Source: Octopus sinensis (lineage: Eukaryota). From it: a stretch of DNA of 64,000 nucleotides. The notes beneath the pieces were generated by a model. It was not told the origin of the DNA. It worked only from the letters and a program-made list of their open reading frames with translations, and did not search any database. A program made the translations under genes and the position numbers. Shown here in pieces: positions 63,921 to 64,000 of this stretch (positions within the stretch are counted from its first letter, which is position 1; the number at the start of each line of letters is the position of its first letter). The stretch is from positions 4,898,001 to 4,962,000 of the forward strand of contig NC_043002.1 in assembly GCF_006345805.1 (NCBI RefSeq), written 5' to 3'.

Positions 63921-64000
63921 TGGCTACAGGCACAGATGTGACTCCAGATGTGACAGATGTGGCTATAAGTACAGACATGACTGCATGATTAAGAAGTTTG

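Overview
AT-rich, microsatellite- and SINE-dense animal genomic DNA. The repeat families suggest an octopus or other coleoid cephalopod (inference, not a database match). Two + strand host genes can be reconstructed from splice signals. (1) A C2H2 zinc-finger transcription factor. A 930-nt coding exon (13963-14892) is splice-phase compatible with either of two duplicated terminal exons (25394-25740 and 30507-30853), each encoding three fingers and carrying its own stop and 3' UTR. This is a candidate lola/broad/fruitless-like alternative DNA-binding-domain switch. Its upstream exons were not found. (2) A C/EBP-PAR/BmCbz-like bZIP factor (coding exons 52584-52605, 53917-54047, 56815-57801). Its start codon is overlapped out of frame by a 57-aa uORF (ATF4-like logic), a second ATG 4 nt away would serve an exon-skipped isoform, and the protein has a hidden 10-aa tandem repeat. 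The rest is repeats: an internally deleted piggyBac and a related MITE, a ~4-kb 121-bp satellite, CR1/L2-, RTE-, CRE- and Penelope-type retroelement relics, a Helitron-like element, about four SINE families, and many long inverted repeats, one carrying a degenerate hammerhead-ribozyme core. Repeat boundaries are approximate and were read by eye.
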